From Candidatus Hodarchaeota archaeon (GTDB lineage Archaea; Asgardarchaeota; Heimdallarchaeia; Hodarchaeales; Hodarchaeaceae), in NCBI GenBank assembly GCA_016840035.1, contig JAEOTC010000121.1, forward strand, positions 33,962 through 97,961: a DNA stretch of 64,000 nt. The letters run 5' to 3'. Below the pieces are notes generated by a model. The model was not told where the DNA came from and ran no database searches. It was given only the letters and a program-made list of their open reading frames with translations. The position numbers and the translations under genes were made by a program. This document shows, in pieces, positions 39,663 to 50,389 of this stretch. Position 1 is the first letter of the stretch. Each line of letters opens with the position of its first letter.

Positions 39663-39836
39663 TGTGGATCTGATCTCCGAATTTTATAGTAAGAAGTAAA
39701 TAGGTGCGGTTCAAACGTTTAATTGTGAGGTTTACAAGCACTCGCTAACTGGATGTTAGGTAGGTATTTCGTATTGTATTTAACCAATCAGAATAGAGCT
39801 ACATTATACATTTCACACTTATTTCTGGGTCGATAA

Positions 39837-41540
39837 ATGATGACAATTTTCGAAGATGCCGAGAAACTGTGGAAAACTTATGTTGGGCATAGAAAATGGG
39901 CCTCCACAGTTTTTGGTGAAACTTGGTATGTACGGTATCCTGTAGATACTATAGGAACAGAAGAAGCAAAAACTTACAAACGATCATTATTCTTAGGTGA
40001 TGATTCTGTGCACGCGTGGGAGGCGACTGGTGTCCGTCACAAGATTATACAAAGATTAATCGATAGTACCGAATGGAAGATTCGTCCATGGTATGGAGAT
40101 CTCGGATTTTTTGCGGATCAAATAAGATTCCTGCCTCCAATGCCAGAGAGTGAACTGGATTTTGTTGTAAGAAAATCTCTGTTGGCCGAAGATCACTTCT
40201 CCAGTCGAGACCGGTTTAAGGAAACTCGAATAGAACTTCTTAGCTTTTTAGATCCAGACTTGACAGAAAGGCCTGAACAATCGTTTTTATATGATATTAA
40301 TAGACCAGAGGACATTGCAAAGAAGTATTCTAAATGCCAGATAGAACTGTACGGATTATTATTCATTATAATAACAAAACTTTATACATTGACTGATGAG
40401 GAGATTTTGGAAGTTATAGATTTTCTTTTTGATGTGGAAACTGCTGATCAGTTATTGGTACGTCGATTCATTCATCCAAATAAAGATGATAACAGACCAT
40501 TCATTGGAGAGCAAAATCCTCATACAAAGTTAAAACCAAATTTCCTCCTTCGGTATATTGCAGGGGAAAATCGTGAATTTTACCCCTTTCGAATCTTTCA
40601 TCTATGGTTACGTTTATTATTAGCATTTGACGCGAAGGCTGTTACTAAGATAGAAGATATGGAAATCGATATTGTTGATACATTTTCAGATATTGAAACA
40701 ATGAAGGAAGCTCTGCTATACGCTATTAAATTAAACCAGTTTAATACAGTAAAAGATAATTTTAAGGCTAGATTAAGAAGTGAATATGCACAACAACGAA
40801 ATTATAGTGGGTATATGTCGGAATTTATTCATATCCTCCAGAGTCAAAAAGAACTCTTTATGGATAAACCAAATTCTCTTGTACTATCACTAATCGATTC
40901 TGCAAATTACCAACCTCAGTTTTTATGTCGAGAATTAGGGGATACAATGACCTCTTCAGTCTTGAAGAATCTAGGGAGACAAGTCCCCGAACCTGAGGGT
41001 GTAAGTAAGATTCAATCAAGATTGATTCTTAATCGAAGAATACACAATCTTGAAAAACATGTTTTAACTGATGAAATCGAAGCTGAACTCTTGGAGAAAG
41101 TAACTAGTATGTTTACATACCTTGGGAGTGATACAGAGGAGCAAGCAATTGAAGATACTTTTAAATTAACCTATGACACGTTGGTTCCAAGAGGAGAAGT
41201 TTACTTTAGTGAATTAGAAAAAGAAGTCAAAGCTGCGCTTACTGAAACGGGTGACATGGATATTAGAAAGGAATTGATGGAAACTACGGATACACCGCAG
41301 AATTTAGCTAAACAATATGGAAATAAAGCTTTAAATTTAGTTGATGATGATGCTTCCATTGCAGAAATTTACTCAAGTATTTTAGCATTAAAAAGCACAG
41401 AATTGGCTTTTGGAGGAGGAAAGATTTCTATTCTGCAACAGAGGAAGATAACCCAATCATTTATTGATTTATTTAAGGAAGAGTTTAGATTTCTAGAATT
41501 ATTAACGAAAATCTCCACTGAAGGAGTACAGGAGGAATAA
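39837..41540 (+). CDS. large soluble hypothetical protein (567 aa), first gene of GTPase operon
   Basis: No TM segments and no enzymatic motif recognised. Its stop is 4 nt before the next ATG. Confidence 0.6.
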   Translation: MMTIFEDAEKLWKTYVGHRKWASTVFGETWYVRYPVDTIGTEEAKTYKRSLFLGDDSVHAWEATGVRHKIIQRLIDSTEWKIRPWYGDLGFFADQIRFLPPMPESELDFVVRKSLLAEDHFSSRDRFKETRIELLSFLDPDLTERPEQSFLYDINRPEDIAKKYSKCQIELYGLLFIIITKLYTLTDEEILEVIDFLFDVETADQLLVRRFIHPNKDDNRPFIGEQNPHTKLKPNFLLRYIAGENREFYPFRIFHLWLRLLLAFDAKAVTKIEDMEIDIVDTFSDIETMKEALLYAIKLNQFNTVKDNFKARLRSEYAQQRNYSGYMSEFIHILQSQKELFMDKPNSLVLSLIDSANYQPQFLCRELGDTMTSSVLKNLGRQVPEPEGVSKIQSRLILNRRIHNLEKHVLTDEIEAELLEKVTSMFTYLGSDTEEQAIEDTFKLTYDTLVPRGEVYFSELEKEVKAALTETGDMDIRKELMETTDTPQNLAKQYGNKALNLVDDDASIAEIYSSILALKSTELAFGGGKISILQQRKITQSFIDLFKEEFRFLELLTKISTEGVQEE

Positions 41541-41544
41541 TTTT

Positions 41545-43491
41545 ATGGTAGACTTGTCAAATATTGAAAATCAATTAGAAGAAGAATATGGAGAATTAGG
41601 CGTCAATTATCTTTTTCCACAATTAGACATCATTCGTTCTGCACGTAATCTACCATCAAATATTGAAGATGCACAATTAATGACTGAGAAACTCTTCATG
41701 TCGTATCAAATGATTGAGCAATGGTTAGCTCCAGTAATCGTTCCTATTAATGACAATTTGTTTGGTTTAGAAACACATCTACATGATCTACAAACCCAAA
41801 TAAAGCATTATATTGCACAAGATGAGATTTCATATTGGAACGATGTTGTCAACAGTGAAAATGCTAGCGTCAAGTCTCTATTTTCTGATATTAGTTCGTT
41901 ACGCAAATATATTCTAGACCAACGTCTGAAATTACTCCAATCTGCTCATCGTCAAGAATTACCTGAACTCTTCGGTTTGGTTCTTTGGCCTTATAGTGAA
42001 TATACTGATGTCAAGGATGCGATCAATGATGTTCGGAATATCTATTTCGGACCGAATAATCACTATCGTAAACAAAATGTGTTAACAGATGCTCTAATGC
42101 TAACTGCTTTATCAGAGGATGTTTTAACTCACAAAACTCAAACAAAACAATCATTCCATCATATTGATAGTTTAATCGAGACCTCACTAACCTTCCGACG
42201 TATTGAAGAGCAATTTGAATGGTCAAAATATCAACGGGATCCCAGTGATGGACATTTTACTGAAGGTCAGGTGTTTTCGATCATGGATAGTTTGATGCCA
42301 GGATATCCACGTGATCAGCTGAGAAAAGGGTTGAATACTTTCTATGATTCATCATTAGATAAGTATCCTATCGGAAAATTTATTGCGTGGCTTTCTGATG
42401 TAATGCGAATGAAAACTATGAGTAAAAGTGAGGGGGATGATCAACCAGGAGAATTACGTTTGAAAAAAGAACATTTACTCGGCCTGGCTGTAATGGATAA
42501 ACATAGGAATAGTGAAATCCTCGGCAATATTGGGAATTTGCAGGGTACTTTTGACCGGATCCTTGCTCCATTTCATGAATTAAAACAAAATAACGCATTT
42601 ATGCAGAGTTCACAGTTCGTGATCGATAATGTCGTAGAAATTCCTTCACGAGCATGGATATACGATTATAGCGGTGTGGAAACAGAAATATTGCGATCAA
42701 CACTATTTATGTTGAGTGATCGTCAACCTAAATTTGATGTACTAGAAATTTGTCAAAAGCTCGCGAATATTGTATTATCTGGAAGAGTAGACAGAAATGA
42801 TTTGGTGGACGGTAATTATGTTCGCACAAATAAGTTACCTATTCGATTATGGAATTCTATAAGCGAGCAGTTAATGAAAATTCTTGAAGAAACACTCATT
42901 CACGAAGAGATTCACTCGGTAAGGCTTTTGAAAAAAATCTTCTCCAGTGAAGATACCACCTCACTAATTACTGCAAAGAAATTTGTACCAATCTTTCAGG
43001 TAAAGACAGATTTTAAACGCGGAATCTATCATGATGAGAAAGGATTCCAAGCTGAATCTATGAGCATTTGGGTTCGTTCAGGTTTTCATTTTGAATACCG
43101 TTATGCCCAAATGGCAGGTTATCCCTGGTTTTTTGATACTAATCTTTTACTTGAGTCTCTTGTTATTGAAGCATTATCCCTTCCGTCCTTTAAGGTTTCA
43201 TCTCTACATGAGAATGTCAAATTACGTCAGACAGTATTTATTGTCGATGATTTAACATACATAGTATATTACGACCCGACTCCTGAAGGAATTTCGGTAT
43301 TGGCATTTAAAGAAGTTGATATCATGGACGAAGCAGGTATTGATCCTGTGGAAATTGTGTATCGACCACATAAATACCTTTCTTTAGGACCAGACAAAAA
43401 TAATTTGCAATTGGTCTTGGAAAATGCGCGTGCGAGCGACCCAAAGGACCTTATGACCGTTATTGGGAATATAAAATATAACTGGAGTTAG
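41545..43491 (+). CDS. large soluble hypothetical protein (648 aa), second gene of GTPase operon
   Basis: GGAGG lies 9 nt upstream of the ATG. No recognisable motif. Its stop is 5 nt before the GTPase ATG. Confidence 0.6.
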   Translation: MVDLSNIENQLEEEYGELGVNYLFPQLDIIRSARNLPSNIEDAQLMTEKLFMSYQMIEQWLAPVIVPINDNLFGLETHLHDLQTQIKHYIAQDEISYWNDVVNSENASVKSLFSDISSLRKYILDQRLKLLQSAHRQELPELFGLVLWPYSEYTDVKDAINDVRNIYFGPNNHYRKQNVLTDALMLTALSEDVLTHKTQTKQSFHHIDSLIETSLTFRRIEEQFEWSKYQRDPSDGHFTEGQVFSIMDSLMPGYPRDQLRKGLNTFYDSSLDKYPIGKFIAWLSDVMRMKTMSKSEGDDQPGELRLKKEHLLGLAVMDKHRNSEILGNIGNLQGTFDRILAPFHELKQNNAFMQSSQFVIDNVVEIPSRAWIYDYSGVETEILRSTLFMLSDRQPKFDVLEICQKLANIVLSGRVDRNDLVDGNYVRTNKLPIRLWNSISEQLMKILEETLIHEEIHSVRLLKKIFSSEDTTSLITAKKFVPIFQVKTDFKRGIYHDEKGFQAESMSIWVRSGFHFEYRYAQMAGYPWFFDTNLLLESLVIEALSLPSFKVSSLHENVKLRQTVFIVDDLTYIVYYDPTPEGISVLAFKEVDIMDEAGIDPVEIVYRPHKYLSLGPDKNNLQLVLENARASDPKDLMTVIGNIKYNWS

Positions 43492-43496
43492 AAAAG

Positions 43497-44600
43497 ATGT
43501 CAGATACACGTGAAGAATCAATTAATGCGGGAAGATTTCTCGTAGTTGGGACACAAGCTGGTGGAAAAACAGCCTTAGTTACGAAACTAGCAGCACGTAC
43601 GGATCAATCAATGAGATATGAAGAAGATTTCGGAGGAACAATCGAGACAGAATACTTACGAATATCATTCGATGAAGGAAAATTCTTCAGTTTATTGTTA
43701 CCAGTGGGAGGACAGGAAAAATGGCAAAAATTACGTGAACGATTTGGTAGTACTGCAGAAGGAATGATAGTCATATTAGATTCTTGCACTAAGAAGTTTT
43801 GGGTTAACTCTTTATCACAAGCATCTTCCATCTCTTCCTTTTTACCTTATGATAATTATCCAATTGCTGCGGTTATTACAAAACGCGATTTAAACGATGT
43901 TATTCGAAAAGAAGCTGAAAATTTCGCTCAAGCTATTATGGAGGGATTAGAACAGGCTAAGACCGCTCCAATCGTGTATTATAGTCGTGGATTTCGGATT
44001 ACCGAAAGGAAAATCCACCTCTTAAGCGATGTTCTACCATTCACAACTCTAGAACAAGTGATTGTCAATAGTCTTGAATCCAAGTATTTCTCAAACTTGG
44101 TTCCAGGTAATGCCCAACAAGGGAAAGTCCTACTTCCTGGTTTTAGTTTAGTAAATTGTCGAATTTTTAGTCGTGCATTAACTCAAGAGTTATGTACTTC
44201 TACAGGAGGGGATCAAATGCAGGTACTCAGTTTATTGAATGATATGCGTCCGAGTATGCTCGAATTAGATACGAGTTGGGTAGATTTACTCCAGAAATAC
44301 CCTAAAGCAGGTGCAGAACCTCAAGTAAATATGGCTGAATTATCAGTAGATGTAATAAAAAAGGCAATACTGAACAATCTGTTAGCCAGTGAAACTGATA
44401 TCAATAATTTTACATCAGAACTTAAAACTCTCTCTTCCAAAACTGGATGGAAAGTTAGTGGTCACGAACATCTATCAATTTTTGAGGAAGAAGGATTAGA
44501 ATCAGGGGCCGCTCTTATAAATCAGATGATGGTAGATGTAAAAGAAAGTGTACGAGTAGACAAGTTTAATCTCTTCAATCCTATTGAAGAGTTATTCTAG
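43497..44600 (+). CDS. divergent small-GTPase domain protein with about 190-aa C-terminal extension (Rag/Gtr- or Roc-like?)
   Basis: P-loop GTQAGGKTAL, switch-I Thr (GGTIETEY), G3-like LPVGGQEKW (compare DCGGQ of Rag GTPases), and G4-like ITKRDL. Confidence 0.65.
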   Translation: MSDTREESINAGRFLVVGTQAGGKTALVTKLAARTDQSMRYEEDFGGTIETEYLRISFDEGKFFSLLLPVGGQEKWQKLRERFGSTAEGMIVILDSCTKKFWVNSLSQASSISSFLPYDNYPIAAVITKRDLNDVIRKEAENFAQAIMEGLEQAKTAPIVYYSRGFRITERKIHLLSDVLPFTTLEQVIVNSLESKYFSNLVPGNAQQGKVLLPGFSLVNCRIFSRALTQELCTSTGGDQMQVLSLLNDMRPSMLELDTSWVDLLQKYPKAGAEPQVNMAELSVDVIKKAILNNLLASETDINNFTSELKTLSSKTGWKVSGHEHLSIFEEEGLESGAALINQMMVDVKESVRVDKFNLFNPIEELF

Positions 44601-45345
44601 TATCTATTGTGCCATTATGGAAGAGCATTGAGGGAAATTAAGGGGGGAGAATTACTAAAGGAGAACATGGTTTTTTCATTGAATTCCTCTAGTGAATATT
44701 GCTGCCCTTCCTCATCTCTTATATGGAAGCGTGATTCCTTCACAAGGATTTCAAATACATCCACTGCCATGGTCGGATAAAATGTATTATGACTTAGCAC
44801 TCCAAGAGATATGATTTTAGTATTGGTTGGGGAGGAAATTCGCTCAAGATAGAAGTGTGAATTCATGTCACAAAAGATAGAAAATAATAATATAATCGGG
44901 GATGTTACCTAAGAATTATGACGTTGAACTAGATTCATCAAAATAATACCAGATATTTTCATCGGTTTCAAACTTAATAAGATTCCAAAAGTCAATAATG
45001 ATTCAATAAATCCCGGAATTACCCCCTGTATATCTATTGACAAGGATGTTAACAGGAAAAAATTAATAATAACTAGAATCCTATAAAAATCCTAACATAT
45101 TGATTTTTAAATACTCTATCAACAAATAAGCACTTTACGTGTTTAACGGAATGCACCCAAGGAATTTTCAGGTCAGGAAATTACATCGACTGTTCTAGCA
45201 AAGGAGAATTGATGAGTTCTTTTCTATATTATCTGAAGAGTGTTCGAAAATCGAAGGAAATCCACACTTATGGAGTAAACTAAATCAAACCACCAAAAAA
45301 ATATAAAACTTTCAATATTTTACGTCTAGCCCCCCGGATTCGTTT

Positions 45346-47205
45346 TTGAGGCCAATTAAATTGACACATGACTCCGCTAGTACTAGTCCACTCTATCTTT
45401 CCCAACGTTGGTACACACGCGGATACAAGTGGTGGCTCTTAGGACATGTTCTGAAGCATCGGTGGAAGATTTTAGTTATTTCAGTAACTACGGTAGTGGG
45501 TATTTTTCTTCAAACCTTGATCCCCTTTATCCTTGGATATGTGTTTGCGACTATTCCCTCTGGAGATTTGAGCTTAATTTTAAGTGCAGGAACTCTTGTA
45601 ATTGCTATTGGACTCATGAAACTTGTCACAAACTCAATCGCGGCTGCTCTCAATGAAATCATTGCGCAATATGTCGAAATGCAAATCCGAATTGAATTTT
45701 ATCATAATTTAGAAACCAAATCCATGAGCTTTCATGATTCGACAAGAGCAGGGGATTTGATTCAAATGGCGACTGGGGATACTCGTCAAATCAATGCATC
45801 GATCTCTCCTGGAGTTCGAATAACGGTAACTACTATATCGACCTTACTCTTTACATGGATTGCCATGTTCATTGCCTCCCAGACACTTTCATTGGTATTT
45901 TTACTCACTCTTCCCCTATATATTTTCTTCTTGACAAGATTTGGACGAAAACTCCATCCCCTCTCCAAAAAGCGTCAAGCGATTGTCGCTCGTATGAACG
46001 CAGAATTACAAGAGAACCTGACAGGGGTCCGAGTGGTTAGAACGTTTTCTGTTCAAGATCAAGAAATTAAGAAATTTCAGGACACTCTTGAAGATTTAGA
46101 AGATATCCTCAAGGTCCGTGGAGTAACTTCTGCATTTTACATCCCTAGCCTAATTTTAGGAATTACTACGGCATTGATATTTATAGCAGGAGTATACCTC
46201 ATTGACATCACATTGGCAGGAGCAACTAATATCAGTATTTTTGGTTTTTCTATGTATGTTCAAACAGTTGGCATGGCAGAACTAATTACGTTCCTAGGGC
46301 TTACAAGTATCCTAGCAATGCCAACCATGTTCCTTCGTTGGATCTTAGATATGACATTATTAGGTTTTGCGGGAGCCGCACGAATATTTAACGTGGTAAT
46401 TCATGACAATGTAATTGAAACGGGAGATTATATACCGGAAAAAACCGCTCAGGGTCACATCGAGTTTAGAGATGTCTCTTTCTCATATACAGAGGATAGT
46501 CCATCCGTTCTCAGTAATATTTCTTTAACCATTAATCCAGGAGAGACTGTAGCGATCATTGGACCCACGGGATGTGGAAAGACCACAGTAGGAAAAATGA
46601 TTTACCGGTTATATGATGTAACGAAAGGAGCTGTATTCATAGACGGGGTAGATGCAAAAAAGTGGGATGTAAAGACTCTACGTCGTCTTGTTGGTGTAAT
46701 TGAACAGGATACATTTCTTTTTTCAACATCGATAAGAAATAACATTACCTATGGCAAGGATAATGCAACAAATGAGGAAATAATGGCTGCAGCAATTGCA
46801 GCCCAAGCACACGATTTTATAGAAGATTTTCCTGAAGGATATGATACTCTTGTAGGAGAAAGAGGAGTCACACTTAGTGGTGGTCAACGTCAACGAATAG
46901 CGATGGCCCGTGGATTCCTTGCTGATCCCAGGATACTTATCATGGATGATGCCACATCAGCGGTTGATGCTGCCACTGAAGCCCGAATCCAACAAGCAAT
47001 AGCAAATATTCAGAAAGGACGAACAACTATCATTATTACACACCGATTAGCAACATTAAAAACTGCAAATAAGATTATATTCATGGAAAAAGGGAATATT
47101 GTACGTGTTGGAACACATGCGGATTTAATAACAAGTTTTGCCCCCTATAGACGAATCTTTAAACGATACATGACCTTACCACCATTGGTAATAGAAGGAA
47201 ATTAA
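45346..47205 (+). CDS. ABC exporter, fused permease-ATPase (half of heterodimer)
   Basis: Six TM helices, then Walker A GPTGCGKTT, signature LSGGQRQRIA, and Walker B ILIMDDATSAVD. Apparent TTG start. Confidence 0.85.
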   Translation: MRPIKLTHDSASTSPLYLSQRWYTRGYKWWLLGHVLKHRWKILVISVTTVVGIFLQTLIPFILGYVFATIPSGDLSLILSAGTLVIAIGLMKLVTNSIAAALNEIIAQYVEMQIRIEFYHNLETKSMSFHDSTRAGDLIQMATGDTRQINASISPGVRITVTTISTLLFTWIAMFIASQTLSLVFLLTLPLYIFFLTRFGRKLHPLSKKRQAIVARMNAELQENLTGVRVVRTFSVQDQEIKKFQDTLEDLEDILKVRGVTSAFYIPSLILGITTALIFIAGVYLIDITLAGATNISIFGFSMYVQTVGMAELITFLGLTSILAMPTMFLRWILDMTLLGFAGAARIFNVVIHDNVIETGDYIPEKTAQGHIEFRDVSFSYTEDSPSVLSNISLTINPGETVAIIGPTGCGKTTVGKMIYRLYDVTKGAVFIDGVDAKKWDVKTLRRLVGVIEQDTFLFSTSIRNNITYGKDNATNEEIMAAAIAAQAHDFIEDFPEGYDTLVGERGVTLSGGQRQRIAMARGFLADPRILIMDDATSAVDAATEARIQQAIANIQKGRTTIIITHRLATLKTANKIIFMEKGNIVRVGTHADLITSFAPYRRIFKRYMTLPPLVIEGN

Positions 47206-47206
47206 A

Positions 47207-48994
47207 ATGTCGTTCAGTAGTGCACAAAAGAGTGATTATGACCAAGATTATTCTATTGGTGATATTCTATCTCGTTTATGGGCATTTGCAGTTACTGAAA
47301 AGATGAGATTACTTCTTGTACTTGCACTTTTTATGTTAAATACAGTAATTAGTATTATTGTACCCTTATTTCTCAGAGAAGCGATCAATGAGCTGAACAA
47401 GGGAGAAACGAATTTTGAATATGTCCAATTACTAGGATGGGGGAATTTAATTGGTACTATTACTCTGTGGATAGCATTCTATCTGATTATTCGGTCAGAA
47501 TGGGCAATTATCGCCAAAACGGTAACTACACTGAGGTTACGTATGTTCATTCAACTCCAAGCGCATGACTTATCATTTTATGACAAAAGTAAGACAGGTC
47601 GTATCATGAGTCGTGTCGTGAATGATGCCTGGGAACTTGGCAATTTTATGCTTATTTTCGTAGAACTATTGGCAAATCTCATTACTATTGTAGGAATGAT
47701 TGGAATTCTATTTTATATTCATTCTGTTTTGACTTTAACTTTATTCATGATTGCTCCGATAATATTTGCCGCTACTATTGGATTAGGCTTTTTATTAATG
47801 CGGTTTAATCGTGTTTGTAGACGAACTGTTGGAGCTGTGAATGGAGCGACTCAGGAAAGTATTGCAGGAATAATGGTTACAAAGAGCTTTGCTCGTGAGG
47901 CTCAAAATATTGAAGAATTTATGGAATTGAACAATGATAACTTACGTGCAAACATCAAACGTTCCCTCGTATTCTCCACCATGTTCCCAATCCTAGAATT
48001 TGTCTCTACATTAATTTATTTCTTGATTATCACAGCGGGGGGTGGGTATGTCATAAAAAATTCCATTACTTTGGGAGACTTATGGTTATTCTATAGCTAT
48101 TCCCTTCTCTTGATTCAACCGTTGATAAGCTTTTCACAACAAATTGCTCAATTCCAAATAGGCCGAGCTGCCGCAGAACGAATTTTTTCTTTGATTGAAG
48201 TTCCGAGTGAAATGAAATGGGGGAATATTATCCCAGGAGCTGACGTTAAAGGACATATTGAATTTAAGGATGTAACTTTTGGTTATTCAAAGGATGAGCC
48301 CCCTTTATTCTCACATTTAAATATAACAATTCCTGAAGGACAAAATATCGCCTTAGTTGGACATACTGGATCAGGAAAAACCTCCTTTATATCCTTACTA
48401 GCACGTTTTTATGAGTTTCAAGCAGGCGATATATATTTAGATGGTTATTCAATAAAAGCATATGATATCGACGCTTATCGTAGTACGCTAGGTATCGTAC
48501 TACAGGATCCATTTTTATTTAGTGGATCGATTGAGGAAAACATTAGGTATGGATCTCACAAGGAAATTGATGCAGAAACACTTCAATCAGCAATCATGTC
48601 AACTCACGTTATAGATTTTGTAGAGTTTTTACCTGAAGGATTACAAACTGATGTTGGTGAAAGAGGAGCAAAAGTCTCCCTAGGTCAAAGACAGCTAATT
48701 TCGTTTGCTCGTGCCTTAGTGGCTGACCCTAAAATCTTAATTCTTGACGAGGCTACTGCCTCAGTGGATGCTTATACAGAAAGCTTAATTCAGGATGGTA
48801 TTGACAATCTATTCGAGGGTAGAACGAGTATTGTAGTTGCACATAGACTTTCGACAATAATTTCCGCCGATCGAATTTTAGTTTTTAATCAGGGTGAGAT
48901 TATTGGTGATGGTACTCATGAAGAGCTAATGGCAAATAATGACGTGTATCGCGATTTATACTCTCGGTATTACGAGTTTCAGGGGAGAGTATGA
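47207..48994 (+). CDS. ABC exporter, fused permease-ATPase (second half)
   Basis: Six TM helices, then GHTGSGKTS, degenerate signature VSLGQRQLIS, and ILILDEATASVD. Starts 2 nt after the upstream stop. Confidence 0.85.
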   Translation: MSFSSAQKSDYDQDYSIGDILSRLWAFAVTEKMRLLLVLALFMLNTVISIIVPLFLREAINELNKGETNFEYVQLLGWGNLIGTITLWIAFYLIIRSEWAIIAKTVTTLRLRMFIQLQAHDLSFYDKSKTGRIMSRVVNDAWELGNFMLIFVELLANLITIVGMIGILFYIHSVLTLTLFMIAPIIFAATIGLGFLLMRFNRVCRRTVGAVNGATQESIAGIMVTKSFAREAQNIEEFMELNNDNLRANIKRSLVFSTMFPILEFVSTLIYFLIITAGGGYVIKNSITLGDLWLFYSYSLLLIQPLISFSQQIAQFQIGRAAAERIFSLIEVPSEMKWGNIIPGADVKGHIEFKDVTFGYSKDEPPLFSHLNITIPEGQNIALVGHTGSGKTSFISLLARFYEFQAGDIYLDGYSIKAYDIDAYRSTLGIVLQDPFLFSGSIEENIRYGSHKEIDAETLQSAIMSTHVIDFVEFLPEGLQTDVGERGAKVSLGQRQLISFARALVADPKILILDEATASVDAYTESLIQDGIDNLFEGRTSIVVAHRLSTIISADRILVFNQGEIIGDGTHEELMANNDVYRDLYSRYYEFQGRV

Positions 48995-49959
48995 AGTTCT
49001 TTGAGGATAATGACTTTTTTCTTAAAGTCAGATCTATTGGTCCTTATTTATCGTTACTCAGTGCTGCAGTATTATGGGGAACTACCTATCCGATAGTTAA
49101 AATAGGTTTGTCTGTTCTCTCACCACCCCTTCCTCCTCTAGGCTATTTGTTTCTGCGGTTTACAGTTGCTTTACTTGTACTGATTCCTATTTTACCGATG
49201 ATAACTTCATTAGATAACATCAAGTCTCTATTATCGAATAATCTTATAATTTTACTAGGAATTGTAAATGGAGGGTCGTACATATTACAATTCTTAGGCC
49301 AAAAAGGGACAACTGCTGGAATGGCAACCTTGATGATTAATACATACTTGATCTCGACCCCGATTTTAGCAAGCTTATACTTGAACTTGAAAATAACACG
49401 TAAATTAAGAATTTCAATCTTTCTGGGAATTTTAGGAGTAACAATTTCAGCCCTTAGTGTTATTGCTGCTGATGTCCCTCCTGGAAATATCCCATATTTT
49501 CTGATAAACACGACTGTTGTTTTATTTTCTGGTCTGATTTGGGGTGGCTATTCCGTTATTTCAAATGAGTTCTTTCGTGTAACCAGAAAACGTCCATTAG
49601 AAACTTCATTCCATCCAATCACAGTATTTTTTGTGTCAAACGCGTATTCTGTAATTTTAATAGGTGTAAGCATGCTTATACTCCAACAAACTCCCGATTT
49701 TCTCAATTTATCACTCAAAGGATGGACTTCAATTCTTTATCTTGGGATTGCTTGTACTTCAACAACGTATATCCTATATATCTACGCATCTAAATCCGTA
49801 TCTCCTGCCGTTCTTAATGTGATCTTGTTATTAAACGTAATTATTGGACTAATCCTATCCAGACTACTATTAGGGGACAATTTTTCAGTTTTTATGATAC
49901 TTGGTAGCATAATAATTCTTCTAGCAATCTACTTGGCAAGTGGAACAGAAAAATCGTAA
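48991..49959 (+). CDS. EamA/DMT-superfamily transporter (10 TM)
   Basis: Two 5-helix repeats. ATGA overlap with the upstream gene. Confidence 0.75.
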   Translation: MKFFEDNDFFLKVRSIGPYLSLLSAAVLWGTTYPIVKIGLSVLSPPLPPLGYLFLRFTVALLVLIPILPMITSLDNIKSLLSNNLIILLGIVNGGSYILQFLGQKGTTAGMATLMINTYLISTPILASLYLNLKITRKLRISIFLGILGVTISALSVIAADVPPGNIPYFLINTTVVLFSGLIWGGYSVISNEFFRVTRKRPLETSFHPITVFFVSNAYSVILIGVSMLILQQTPDFLNLSLKGWTSILYLGIACTSTTYILYIYASKSVSPAVLNVILLLNVIIGLILSRLLLGDNFSVFMILGSIIILLAIYLASGTEKS

Positions 49960-50089
49960 CTGTATAATCCAAGTTAGAGGGAAGACAAATAGGACCTCAA
50001 CTCATGGAAAAATATAAATAAAGCGACTTATGTTTATAATGTCAGACATTATTATTTATCGTCTGACATTAAATCTCCTGGTTATCAAG

Positions 50090-50368
50090 ATGCCACGAAA
50101 AAGTTTATCGAAGGGTGAATCCGCACGATTAACCATTCGAATCTCAAGTGAAGTTGAACAGATCCTATCGCTAGTTAATCAAAAACGAAAATCTCTTTTC
50201 GTTCGTGATGCGATTCTTTATTATGCCAAGTATGGAAATAGTCCTGATCTGAGTCCCAAGACATATAGTGATCTACCCTCAAAAAAGTATGCAGATTCTA
50301 TTGAAGAAAAAGGTAGCCCAGACTCTGCTCCTGTTGTAATCGTAAATAAACCTGCTTGGCAAAGATAA
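50090..50368 (+). CDS. small putative ribbon-helix-helix protein
   Basis: MPRKSLSKGESARLTIRISSEVEQILSLV... reads as a β-strand followed by helices. The ORF track opens at 50030. Confidence 0.4.
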   Translation: MPRKSLSKGESARLTIRISSEVEQILSLVNQKRKSLFVRDAILYYAKYGNSPDLSPKTYSDLPSKKYADSIEEKGSPDSAPVVIVNKPAWQR

Positions 50369-50389
50369 AAAATGATAGAGAAGAAGTTC

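Noticed and set aside
44615-44866. 83-aa minus-strand ORF in the 750-bp AT-rich gap after the GTPase operon
   Set aside because: No motif and no start context. Could be a small protein but nothing supports it. The gap otherwise shows no repeats or RNA-like structure that I could recognise.
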